This document shows, piece by piece, positions 38,833 to 47,977 of a stretch of 64,000 nucleotides of DNA; position 1 is the stretch's first letter, and each line of letters begins with the position of its first letter. Where the stretch lies: NCBI GenBank assembly GCA_002328075.1, contig DCVT01000022.1, positions 77,622-141,621 of the forward strand, given 5' to 3'. A program made the position numbers and the translations under genes. Below the pieces are notes generated by a model. The model did not search any database. It was not told the DNA's origin and was given only the letters and a program-made list of their open reading frames with translations. This DNA is from Anaerolineales bacterium UBA2181 (GTDB lineage: Bacteria; Chloroflexota; Anaerolineae; Promineifilales; UBA4811).

Positions 38833-39846
38833 TCAGCCAGCCCTCTTGAGCACGCGCACTGCGCGCCAGGTCACCCACTTGTTGGGCTGCTTCTTGAGCC
38901 CATAGTCGCCCCATGTCTTGCCGGCATAATCGTATTCCAGTGACCAGCGGCCGGAATCATCCTGTTTGTCTCGGATGAGTCCAAGGGCGCTTGCCAACCG
39001 CGGGTCCTTGGCGTACCCTAGTGAAACCAGTGCCTCGGCGTTTTGCAGCAGGTCGGTGACGTAAAAGACGGGAAAGCCAAACTTCCACCAGTTGCCGCTG
39101 GGCTTGTCCGTGTAACCGGTGGGATAGCCGGCGGTCGCTGGGTCCGTTCCCAATAGAAAATCAACCCCTGCCTGAATCGCCCGTTGGAACAGCGGAGTCT
39201 GGCGGGCGGATGGCAGCCGGCCGAATGCAAGCATTACCTTGACGGCGCCCCAGGCGCAGGGCAGCTTGTTGTTGGCGCCACAGGCGAAACCCGGCCCGCA
39301 CTTGCCCGCATAGTAACGCGCTGGGGCATCCCGTTCCTCAGCCGGCGCAATCCCTTCTCCGGTAGTGGTGCGGGCCATCCACTCGAAAGCGCCCGCCAAC
39401 CGTGGGTCCTCGCAACCCAACTCCAGCAGCGCCCAACAGAGATTTCCTTGCAGGCAGTCCACAGTGCCGCCTGGGGTTCCAGACATCGAGAACTGCCCAC
39501 CCGGCGCCAACGAATGATCCATCAGGTAGGCGCACGCTCGCGCAACCCGATCGTCCAGCGCGGGAGAAGCGCCCAACTGCGCCAGAGCGATCACCGACCA
39601 GATCGTGGAGCGGTACTTGCGGTTGTAACCCGGCCCCGGCTCCACCCAGAATCCGGCCGGGTCCATGGATGCCAGGAATACCGCAATCGGCCCATCACGG
39701 TGCGCCGCCTGTTGCGCCGCGCCCAACTCGGGATCCTCGGGCGGCCGGTCGAGCAGATCGCGCAACGCCAGATAGCGGACCCCGGCGGGTTCTGGTTCGA
39801 GCAACCATGGGATTGGATCCCCCTTGAGCTGATCTTGCCAACGCAT
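38833..39846 (-). CDS. Alpha/alpha-toroid (prenyltransferase/squalene-cyclase-repeat-like) hypothetical protein
   Basis: WLLE, Y..KY..T.W, FGFP.FY..D.L, KQD..GRW and NKWVT motifs; RBS GAGGAG. Confidence 0.7.
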   Translation of the reverse strand: MRWQDQLKGDPIPWLLEPEPAGVRYLALRDLLDRPPEDPELGAAQQAAHRDGPIAVFLASMDPAGFWVEPGPGYNRKYRSTIWSVIALAQLGASPALDDRVARACAYLMDHSLAPGGQFSMSGTPGGTVDCLQGNLCWALLELGCEDPRLAGAFEWMARTTTGEGIAPAEERDAPARYYAGKCGPGFACGANNKLPCAWGAVKVMLAFGRLPSARQTPLFQRAIQAGVDFLLGTDPATAGYPTGYTDKPSGNWWKFGFPVFYVTDLLQNAEALVSLGYAKDPRLASALGLIRDKQDDSGRWSLEYDYAGKTWGDYGLKKQPNKWVTWRAVRVLKRAG

Positions 39847-40391
39847 CTCGGTCTCCTCCTCGTTAGCGGCACGACCGCACCAGTCAATCCCCGTTAGGAT
39901 CTCCTGGCAACAGGGCGGGGAGCTGCCGTTGTTGCATCCTGGACGCAGTCAGAACCGATTATGCTCCACATGGGCAAGGTTGTCGAATTGCAGGGCGTTC
40001 GGCAGACAGGCAGGAAGTTGCTGACCGGAAAAGAGGTTGGTCACTGCCGGTGGATGGCTGGAGCAGCCGGCTACTGAGGTCACCCAAGTTGCTAGTCAGG
40101 CGTCCACCTACATGGACGCAGAAGGACCGACCTTGCCTCGTCAGCGCGGGCGGACGGCTCGCGCAAGTCGGTCGGGCGTGATTTCGACGTACTTGGGCGA
40201 AGGTCGATCGGAACGACGAATGCCGGGCGATTTTCTGACCAGTCGCGGAATTGCGGCCACCGAATCTACCGCCACCGGCGCAAACCTCACTGGACAGAAA
40301 CAGCGTTGGCGTGCAGGCGCGGGCTGTGTTATGATGCGGAAAATCGTTACCGCGCCGCTTGCTTCGATGAGTGGACCGGAAAGGATTCTGG

Positions 40392-40841
40392 ATGGCAAAC
40401 GATGCTACCGAACGGGCAGTCATGCTTTTTGAACAGGGATACTCGTGCTCCCAATCGGTGTTTGCGGCCTTTGCGCCGGATGGGGGCCTGACGGCCGACA
40501 CGGCATTGCGTATCGCTGGCGGACTGGGCGGCGGGATGGGCCGCCTGGGCGAGGTGTGCGGCGCGGTGACCGGCGCAATCCTGGCCATTGGATTGGCGCA
40601 CGGTGCCACCCGGCCGGACGACGACGCGGCCAAAGAAGCCACCTACACACTGGTGAATGAACTGGCCGGCCGTTTTCGCAGGCGGAATGGCTCGGTGCTC
40701 TGTCGCGAGCTTTTGGGTATGAGCATCGATTCGGCAGACCTACTGCAGCGGGCCCGGGACGAGGGCGTCTTTGGCAGTACCTGTCCTGGGCTGGTGCGCG
40801 CCGCGGCCGAAATTGTGGTGGAGCTCCTGGCCGACGCCTAG
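40392..40841 (+). CDS. C_GCAxxG_C_C family putative redox protein
   Basis: GYSCSQ, GGGMG...VCGAVTG, LCRELLG and TC motifs. Confidence 0.9.
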   Translation: MANDATERAVMLFEQGYSCSQSVFAAFAPDGGLTADTALRIAGGLGGGMGRLGEVCGAVTGAILAIGLAHGATRPDDDAAKEATYTLVNELAGRFRRRNGSVLCRELLGMSIDSADLLQRARDEGVFGSTCPGLVRAAAEIVVELLADA

Positions 40842-40916
40842 CGTGAGTCTGGTTCGGATCGGAGGGCGACCCCTCGGCTAGTTGGAGGAGCGGCAAACCG
40901 ACAGGCGGTGAACCGT

Positions 40917-43900
40917 TCAGCCAGTTCCGCGCATCCTGTTGATGCGCTCCAATACACGCTCCGCCTGCGCCGCCAGATCGTGGCTGCCTACCTCGGCCGC
41001 CAGCGCCCGCGCCGCCATTCCGGCGGCTTCTGCCGCCGCAAGGTCACCGCTTTGCAGCAGGCAATCGGCCTGTTTCCAGCGGACCTCGGAGAGCAGGTTG
41101 CGAAAGCCATATCGCTCGGCAAGTGACTCGGCCTCGCCCAAGGTTTCCAACGCCTCGTACAGTGACCCGACACTGGTGAGCACCTGCCCCAAGTTCGACA
41201 GGCTCTGCGCCAGCACCTGGGTCAGGTCGGAATGACGGGCAGTGTCGACTGCTTGCCGCAGGTAACCCTGCGATTCGTCGAGCAGGCCCTGGTTCCGTGC
41301 CAGGAGGCCCAGGTTGTTCAAGGCGATGGCGGTGCCGCGGCTGTCGGCCAGTTCACGAGACATTTCCAGTCCCAACCGCAACCAGTCCCGGGCCTCGTCG
41401 GGCTCGTGACCCAGCGAGGCAACCAGCGTGCCCAGGTTGGTATAGTCGGCTGCCACGCCACTCCGGTTGCCGATTGATCGGTTGATCTCCAAACTGCGCT
41501 GAACCATCTGCCGACCCCCGGCCAAGTCTCCGCTGCGCCGGGAAATGCCGCCCAGCAGGGTAAACGCCTCAGCCGCCAACCGGGGTTGTGATCGGCGGTC
41601 AATCCGTTCCGTCACCATGGCGGCCTGTTCGCTGGCGAGATCGTTTTCTCGCATGTCGAACCAGGCGCGAGCCAAACCCACCTGAATGGCCCAATGTTCG
41701 GCCTCCGCTGCGGCCGGTGGTTCATCGGACAGCGCCAGAAGATCAGCCGCCCGCTGGTAGCTTTCCAACGCCACCCGGAACTCGCCCATCTGTCTTTGGG
41801 CATCCGCCAGCCGGCGGTACGCCTGCGCTCGCGGCCCGGCCGAACTATCCGGGTCGGCAAGCAGCGAGTTCGCGCGCACCGCTGCCTGGGAAGGTTCGCC
41901 GCGCAACAGGTGAACGTCTGCCATCCCCAGCAGAATACGCGCCAACGTCCGCCTGGGTTTTTCCGGCGACGGGCTTAGCAGTTGCTCAGCCCGCGCATAG
42001 TGGCTGGCGCTTTCGGAAAGTGCGAAACGGGCGGCCGATTTCTCCGCGGCGCGCACGGCAAAGTGCAGCGCTTCTTCACGCTGGCTGCTCTCGGCATAAT
42101 GATGAGCCAGCAGCTCAGTGTGCTCCTGTTCCTCCTGATACAGCGTCCGAATCGCTTCAGCCGCCCGTTGGTGCAGCAACCTTCGTTTGGAAGTCATCAG
42201 CGTGGCATACACCGTTTCGCGTGTCAGCGTGTGCTTGAAGCGAAAAGTGGTGGGTCTTTCCGGCGTTGGAGCAATCAGCCACCCGCGCTCCACCAACTCG
42301 GACAGGCGACCGGGCAGGTCCGGGTCGGGCGCCACGCGGCTGAGCAGCAGTCGGTCCACCTCCTCCCCCAAGACCGAGGCCGCCTGAAAGAGGTGGAGCG
42401 TCTGCTTGTCCAGCATATCCAAGCGCGCCAACACCAGATTCTTATAGCTGTCGGGAATGGCGCGCTCGCGATGGTCTGGCGGCTCTGCCCACCGCCAGGA
42501 TCCGTTTTTCGGCAAGAGCCACTGTCGCTCAATGAGAAAGCGAAGCCCTTCCTCCAAAGAGAGGGGATGAGCGGCGAACGGCTCCAATCGCGGCTGCAAC
42601 TTGGTTGGCAATTCCGGGGTCTGCAGCAGTTCTCGGGCCAGATCCATGCCCTCGTTCAGGTCCAGGCCGCCAAAACTCACCCGCAGGTAGCCCTCCCGAC
42701 AGACCCGTTCCGCCTTGGCGACCAGCGCCCGATGAGGCCCCGGCATCTCGGCCCGGGCCACCAGCATCACCGAAATCGATGCCTGAAAGGTCAACGGCAA
42801 GATGTAATCGATCAACTCCAGCGAGGCCAGGTCAATGAAATGGATGTCTTCGAACAGCAGGAGCACCGGCCGGACGGCAGCTTCACTGATCAGGAATGTC
42901 CGCACCCGACCCAATAACTCGCTCCGCCACTCGGCCGGTCCCAGGTGACGTGCGAGCTGCTCGTCGGCCGAATCCGCCGGGCGGAGGTCCAGCAGGTTCC
43001 TAAGCTGCCGCCCGGACTCCGATTCTGTTTCTGGGCCGTGCTCTGACGCGTTGCCTGCACTGCGACCCAACATCTCGATCAACGGCCAAAAGCTGATGTT
43101 GGACCGAAACGCCTCGCATTTACCCTGATAGCAGCGTACAGCCGGCTGTGCGTACGCCAGCAGTTCTTCCACCAGGCGGCTTTTGCCCATGCCGGCCTCG
43201 GCTTCTACGTAGCAGACCTGGCCGTTGGCTCTTGCAGCGGTCCGGTCGATCCACGCCCGCAAGGCGGTCATTTCGGCGTGTCTGCCGATCAGCCGCAGGG
43301 AAGCGCCTGGAAGCGGGTGCGGCAGCGGCGACTCGGCGCGCGGTGGCCCCAGGAGGTATGCGGGTTCACCGGCTCCCACGTCGACAGCTTCCAGCGCGTA
43401 CCTCTCCTGCACCTGGAGGGCTACCGATTCCGACAGCATTATGGCACCAGATGATCTTCGCCCGGCCAACGCGGCTGCGTGGCGGCCCGCCTGCGAACGC
43501 GCTACCCAGTTTGCCGCCGCTTCTGGCCGGTGAACAAACTGATTCCACTTGCCGATTGCGATGCCGACCGATACAGGAACGGCCACGTGCCGCTGCCGCA
43601 GGCTGCCTTGGTTGAGTTGCGTGGCCGCCTCCAGTGCGTTTCGTGCGAGCCGGATAGCACGAGCCGGAAGACTATCACCTGGCACCGGCTCCATCTCCGA
43701 CAGGAGGGCAACCGTGCCCGTCGGAGTCAGAACCGCGGCCGCGCCAGCCAAGCGAGCGGTGCGGGCCAGCTGTGAAATCATCTGCTCCGTTGCTTCCTGG
43801 GTCGCCGTATCTGGGCCCACGACAGGTCGGCTCAAGGCGAAATGCACTACGGCGACCGGTCGCTTCCGGCCAACAACCGCCGTCGCAGCAGCGGACGGAC

Positions 43901-46900
43901 CTAACAATGCAGTCAGCCGCGCCAGCGTTTCCTCGGCCTTCACTGCCAGGGTAGACGCCCCCAGCTCCCGGAAAGTGTGGATCGCGTGGCGCAATTCGGC
44001 CACATGCTCGCTTGACGGCGGTTTGCCAGCCTGAGCGGCGTGGCGGGCCAGGTCCAGCTCGGCTGATTCCAGTTGCAGATGGGCTAGTTCGTAGCGATTG
44101 CCGATCTGCTGGTAGAGCGCGAGCGCTTGGCCGTTCGCCTCCATCGCTGCGGCCCATTCGTGGTATGCCCGGTGCGCTAGTGAGCGGACTCGCAGCAGTT
44201 CTGCCCGCACCTCTGGCGGGCCCTCGGCGCAACTGGCATCGGCCTCTTCGAGCCGGCGCACGGCCTCGACGCGCTTACCCTCGGCCAGGTCGGTCTCAGC
44301 CAGGTAACCTGAGGCCAGTGCAGCCAGATCCCGATTTCCCGCTTTCGCGGCCGACTCCAGGCACGTTTCCAGGTCCCCCCGGGCCATGGTCAGCTCGCCA
44401 GTGCGGAGCCACAACAAACCTCGGTTGCCGTATAGCTGGCTGGTCAGGTCGGGCGGTGCGCCCTGTTTTTCCAGCGCCGCAAACGCCTGTTCCAGCCAAT
44501 TCAGCGCCTCATCGTATCGGCCGGCTTCCAGCAGCAAGAGGCCGAGAATGTTGGCACTGAGCACCACACCCTGATGGTCTCCGATCTCCTGCCGCACAAA
44601 GACGGCCTGGCGCATCAAGGGTTCGGCTTCGTCCCATCGGCCCAGGCGATAATACAAACCAGCGAGATTGGTCTGGGAACTGGCTGAACCCCACACGTCG
44701 CCGAGTTGGTCACGCATGGTGAGCGCTTGCCGGGCGCTCTCTACTGCCTGCGGCAACCGGCCGGCCCAATAGTGGATGGGGATTAGCAGATTGTAGGCGC
44801 CGGCCAGGGCGCGTCGATCCTGCTCATCGGACGCCAATTTCAGTGCGCGGAGAGCGTGTTCCTGCGCCGTTTCCATCCGGCCCTGCCGGCAGAACACCCA
44901 TCCTATCTCCCGCTCGACGTCGGACCGGCTATAGATGGCGGGTCCGCCATTCAAGAGAGCGAGCGCGGATTGCAGCGCGCTGGTGGCCAGTGTGGCATCG
45001 CCCTGAGCCGCGTACACCCGACCTAATTGGTAGTGAACGTCGCCCAACCGGTAGTTGTCGAACCCGTGGGCCTCCTCTCTGGCCTCCTCGAGCAACGTCA
45101 GCGCTTCATCCAGTTGGTTGACCCGACCCAACACCTCGGCCAGTCCCAGCGCTGTGTCCACTTCGAACTGGGTTGGCGGTTCGCCGGCACCGAGTACCGC
45201 ACGCGCCCGTCGGAAAAGATCGATGGCTTCCTGGTTGGCGTACCTGTCGGCCGCTTGTCGAGCCGCCCGCGTCAGGTGAGGCAGGGCACGCGGCGAATGC
45301 GCCTTTTCCAGGTGGTAACCGATCAGCGCGTCGGAATCGACTGCCAGGTTGTCAGCCAAACGTTCGACGGCCTCGGCTGCCTTGGCATGCAGAGCTCCCA
45401 ATTCGCTGCGGAGCACGGTCTGGTAGACTGCTTCCTGCACCAATGAGTGGCGGAAAAAGAACACGGGTCTATCACCGCCGGCAGCTCGCTGCACATAATC
45501 TGCCTGCTCCAACACGCGCAATTGAGCGCGAAGCGATTCCTCGTCAGAGCCGGTGAGGGCCAACAGCAGCGGCAGCGTGAAGCGGGGCCCCAGCACGGCC
45601 GCCTGGATCAGCAGTCGTTTAAGGTTGGCCGGCAGCCGGTCATACCTTCCCAGGATGAGACCGGTGACGGTCTCGGGTATCTGCTCTACTGCATCGACCC
45701 AACCGTCCGCCAGTTTCCAACCGGCTGGAGAGCGCTCCAGCACCTGGTCATCCAGCAACATCCGTACGAGTTCCTCGGTGAGTAACGGGTTGCCGCCGCT
45801 CCGCTCGGCGATTCGTCGAAGGAGCGGACCTGGCCGGGACACCGCGGGCAACAAGAGCGAGGCCAATTCCTCGCTCTCGTCCCGTTCGAGCGGACTGAGC
45901 TGCAGCCGGATTGGCGAGTATGTTGAGGTTGCGCCGGTCTGGAGCAAGGCGTGCTCCAGGTCGGGTGACACGGGTGTGCGGGCGATGGCGATAATGGCCA
46001 GCGGAATTTCGGTCACCAAGTCCGCGCTGTGGGCCAACACCGCCAGTGACGATTCATCTGCCCATTGCAGGTCGTCCAGAGCGAGCACCAGCGGTCGGCG
46101 CCGCGCCAGCCACGCGAACAGACGACGGAAAGCAGCCATAATGCGACGCTGTTGCTGCTGTGCGTCGCCAGGTGGCGCTGAATCAGCTGCTTCCCGACCC
46201 AAGAGCAAGGCGAGGGGCGGCCGGACGGCGTCTGCCAAGGTACCCATGGCGGCCAAGAGCGACTCAAGGCGTCCCTCGCGCGCAGCAATTGGCTCTTCCG
46301 GCAAGATGCCGCATAGGTGCTCCAGCAGGGTTCGGAGGAGCGCGTAGCCACTGCCCTGAGCCGGCGAACAAGTTGTCCGCACCACCTCACACTGACTGCC
46401 AAGGCTGGACAACGCTTCCTCAACCAACCGGGTCTTGCCTATTCCGGGTGGCCCCGACACCAGCATGAGCAGGCCGTTGCGGTCCACCTGCAGGCGCTGC
46501 AGATGGTTGCTCAGTTTCTCCAGTTCTTCGTCACGTCCCACCAGCCTGACGTTGGCAGCCCACTGCCCCCGTCGTGGGAGCGGGCGCAGGCGAGGACCCG
46601 TAACCTCGTACCCCACCACCGGTCGGTCGATCCCTCTCAGCTGCAGCCGAACCGGGTAGGAGAAGCCAAAGTGGGACCGTGTCAGCCGGTGCACCGCCTC
46701 GCTGACCAGCACCGTGCCCGGTCGGGCTGCTTCCTGCAGCCGGTTGGCAAGGTTCACCGCGTGACCGAAAACAGTCGAATCCTGGAGAGAACCGGTGTCG
46801 ATCTGCCCGTGTACCACGGGACCCGTATTGACGCCGACTCGCAGTGCTAACTCCCAGTCCAGATCACGGCTGGCTTGGGCTTGAACCTCGGCGACAATCT

Positions 46901-47264
46901 GCTGCATCTCCAGACCGGCGGTCACCGCGCGAACCGGGTCATCTTCGTGGGCCTGGGGCAACCCAAACGTGGCCAGAAAGCCGTCCCCCACGTACCGGTC
47001 GATGTGCCCGTCCTGGCGCCGCACCGCCTGCGCTAACCTTTCAAAGAGCTCACGCACGGTGTGATAGACCGTCTCAGGGTCGGTTCGGGCGGCCGTGCGC
47101 GTGTAGTTGGTCAGGTCGGCAAACAGGAGGGTTGTGAGGCGACGGGAGCGCTGCTCATCCACTGACGGAACGCCAACTGGAGCCGGCGTCAGGGCAGCGC
47201 CGCAGTGCCCGCAGAAACGGAAAAGGTCAGGCGACTCCTTCCCGCAAACCGAACAGATTAGCAT
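40917..47264 (-). CDS. Giant tandem zinc-ribbon / class III nucleotide cyclase / STAND (AAA_16) NTPase / TPR protein (about 2115 aa)
   Basis: Module 1: CSVC..FCGHC, cyclase LFAD...GD...VNLANRL, Walker A GPPGIGKT, Walker B LDDLQWAD, FRHSL, TPRs. Module 2: degenerate cyclase, AEAGMGKS, FEDIHFID, FKHTL, TPRs. Confidence 0.9.
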   Translation of the reverse strand: MLICSVCGKESPDLFRFCGHCGAALTPAPVGVPSVDEQRSRRLTTLLFADLTNYTRTAARTDPETVYHTVRELFERLAQAVRRQDGHIDRYVGDGFLATFGLPQAHEDDPVRAVTAGLEMQQIVAEVQAQASRDLDWELALRVGVNTGPVVHGQIDTGSLQDSTVFGHAVNLANRLQEAARPGTVLVSEAVHRLTRSHFGFSYPVRLQLRGIDRPVVGYEVTGPRLRPLPRRGQWAANVRLVGRDEELEKLSNHLQRLQVDRNGLLMLVSGPPGIGKTRLVEEALSSLGSQCEVVRTTCSPAQGSGYALLRTLLEHLCGILPEEPIAAREGRLESLLAAMGTLADAVRPPLALLLGREAADSAPPGDAQQQQRRIMAAFRRLFAWLARRRPLVLALDDLQWADESSLAVLAHSADLVTEIPLAIIAIARTPVSPDLEHALLQTGATSTYSPIRLQLSPLERDESEELASLLLPAVSRPGPLLRRIAERSGGNPLLTEELVRMLLDDQVLERSPAGWKLADGWVDAVEQIPETVTGLILGRYDRLPANLKRLLIQAAVLGPRFTLPLLLALTGSDEESLRAQLRVLEQADYVQRAAGGDRPVFFFRHSLVQEAVYQTVLRSELGALHAKAAEAVERLADNLAVDSDALIGYHLEKAHSPRALPHLTRAARQAADRYANQEAIDLFRRARAVLGAGEPPTQFEVDTALGLAEVLGRVNQLDEALTLLEEAREEAHGFDNYRLGDVHYQLGRVYAAQGDATLATSALQSALALLNGGPAIYSRSDVEREIGWVFCRQGRMETAQEHALRALKLASDEQDRRALAGAYNLLIPIHYWAGRLPQAVESARQALTMRDQLGDVWGSASSQTNLAGLYYRLGRWDEAEPLMRQAVFVRQEIGDHQGVVLSANILGLLLLEAGRYDEALNWLEQAFAALEKQGAPPDLTSQLYGNRGLLWLRTGELTMARGDLETCLESAAKAGNRDLAALASGYLAETDLAEGKRVEAVRRLEEADASCAEGPPEVRAELLRVRSLAHRAYHEWAAAMEANGQALALYQQIGNRYELAHLQLESAELDLARHAAQAGKPPSSEHVAELRHAIHTFRELGASTLAVKAEETLARLTALLGPSAAATAVVGRKRPVAVVHFALSRPVVGPDTATQEATEQMISQLARTARLAGAAAVLTPTGTVALLSEMEPVPGDSLPARAIRLARNALEAATQLNQGSLRQRHVAVPVSVGIAIGKWNQFVHRPEAAANWVARSQAGRHAAALAGRRSSGAIMLSESVALQVQERYALEAVDVGAGEPAYLLGPPRAESPLPHPLPGASLRLIGRHAEMTALRAWIDRTAARANGQVCYVEAEAGMGKSRLVEELLAYAQPAVRCYQGKCEAFRSNISFWPLIEMLGRSAGNASEHGPETESESGRQLRNLLDLRPADSADEQLARHLGPAEWRSELLGRVRTFLISEAAVRPVLLLFEDIHFIDLASLELIDYILPLTFQASISVMLVARAEMPGPHRALVAKAERVCREGYLRVSFGGLDLNEGMDLARELLQTPELPTKLQPRLEPFAAHPLSLEEGLRFLIERQWLLPKNGSWRWAEPPDHRERAIPDSYKNLVLARLDMLDKQTLHLFQAASVLGEEVDRLLLSRVAPDPDLPGRLSELVERGWLIAPTPERPTTFRFKHTLTRETVYATLMTSKRRLLHQRAAEAIRTLYQEEQEHTELLAHHYAESSQREEALHFAVRAAEKSAARFALSESASHYARAEQLLSPSPEKPRRTLARILLGMADVHLLRGEPSQAAVRANSLLADPDSSAGPRAQAYRRLADAQRQMGEFRVALESYQRAADLLALSDEPPAAAEAEHWAIQVGLARAWFDMRENDLASEQAAMVTERIDRRSQPRLAAEAFTLLGGISRRSGDLAGGRQMVQRSLEINRSIGNRSGVAADYTNLGTLVASLGHEPDEARDWLRLGLEMSRELADSRGTAIALNNLGLLARNQGLLDESQGYLRQAVDTARHSDLTQVLAQSLSNLGQVLTSVGSLYEALETLGEAESLAERYGFRNLLSEVRWKQADCLLQSGDLAAAEAAGMAARALAAEVGSHDLAAQAERVLERINRMRGTG

Positions 47265-47571
47265 GGTCTTGCCGGATAATCCCCCGCGATCTGCTTTTGT
47301 CGGCCCGTTCCCCAAACAGCAGCTGCTTGGGCCTCTTGGGACGACACCGAGGCGCTCGGCAGGTCAGGTCACCGGCGCCAGAGGGTGTATGTATTTCAAG
47401 GTGGACAGCATGCCGGCAACCTTTGGCTGACCGGCGGACGCGCCCTGCCAATCGGTCAAGACGGTGCTCTTCCAGAGCAGATGCCACCTCACGGCCGGTC
47501 GCCGTCACCGCATGGAGCCAGTGGTTGCTCCCGGATTGGAGGTCTATGGACGAAAGCTGTGGCGCAGCGAC

Positions 47572-47739
47572 CTAGCCGCTAAACCCGATAAAACCGCCCA
47601 ACACATCTGGCTGGCTGAGCAACAGCAATGCGGCTGCCACCGTCATGCTCAGGCTCCAGAGCAAAGCCTGCGCCCGGCTCCACAGAAATCCATCATTGCC
47701 TTCGTTCTGATTCTCGAGTGGCTTCTGGCGGTTATTCAC
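47572..47739 (-). CDS. Small (55 aa) putative single-TM protein
   Basis: GGAGG RBS before GTG 47739, hydrophobic ALLWSLSMTVAAALLLL, and an upstream promoter. Confidence 0.5.
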   Translation of the reverse strand: MNNRQKPLENQNEGNDGFLWSRAQALLWSLSMTVAAALLLLSQPDVLGGFIGFSG

Positions 47740-47826
47740 TTCTGACCTCCAAACAATAGTGATCACGGTGTCTTGATGCAGAGGACAACTCCAGCACAGA
47801 TCGTGCCAGACACATGCTCTATCAAC

Positions 47827-47854
47827 ATTGTATCACCGGTTTCGCTCAAGTCAA
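47827..47854 (-). promoter_or_regulatory. Sigma70-type promoter upstream of the small ORF and cyclase-STAND gene
   Basis: Minus strand TTGACT-16 bp-TACAAT with TG extension. Confidence 0.65.
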
Positions 47855-47977
47855 CGGGACTGGGGTCACAATTGGGAAAATCTTGATAGAACCACGCCAC
47901 TCTCTTGGTCGGAAGGCCTCCCCGCACCTTGGCCGCAAGACGACCAACCGGGTGCTGTAACTGCCAAGTTGGCGTTT

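Noticed and set aside
32448-38914. Long antisense ORFs (32448-33830, 35109-36521, 37553-38914; likewise 48642-49916)
   Set aside because: They are shadows of well-supported genes, expected at high GC, and carry no motifs.
38833-39846. nifH (a label I recall being attached to this family)
   Set aside because: No P-loop or NifH Cys motifs; the protein looks like a helical toroid.
39850-40390. 540-bp divergent intergenic region as an ncRNA or small gene
   Set aside because: No convincing RBS-ORF, known motif or strong structure was seen.
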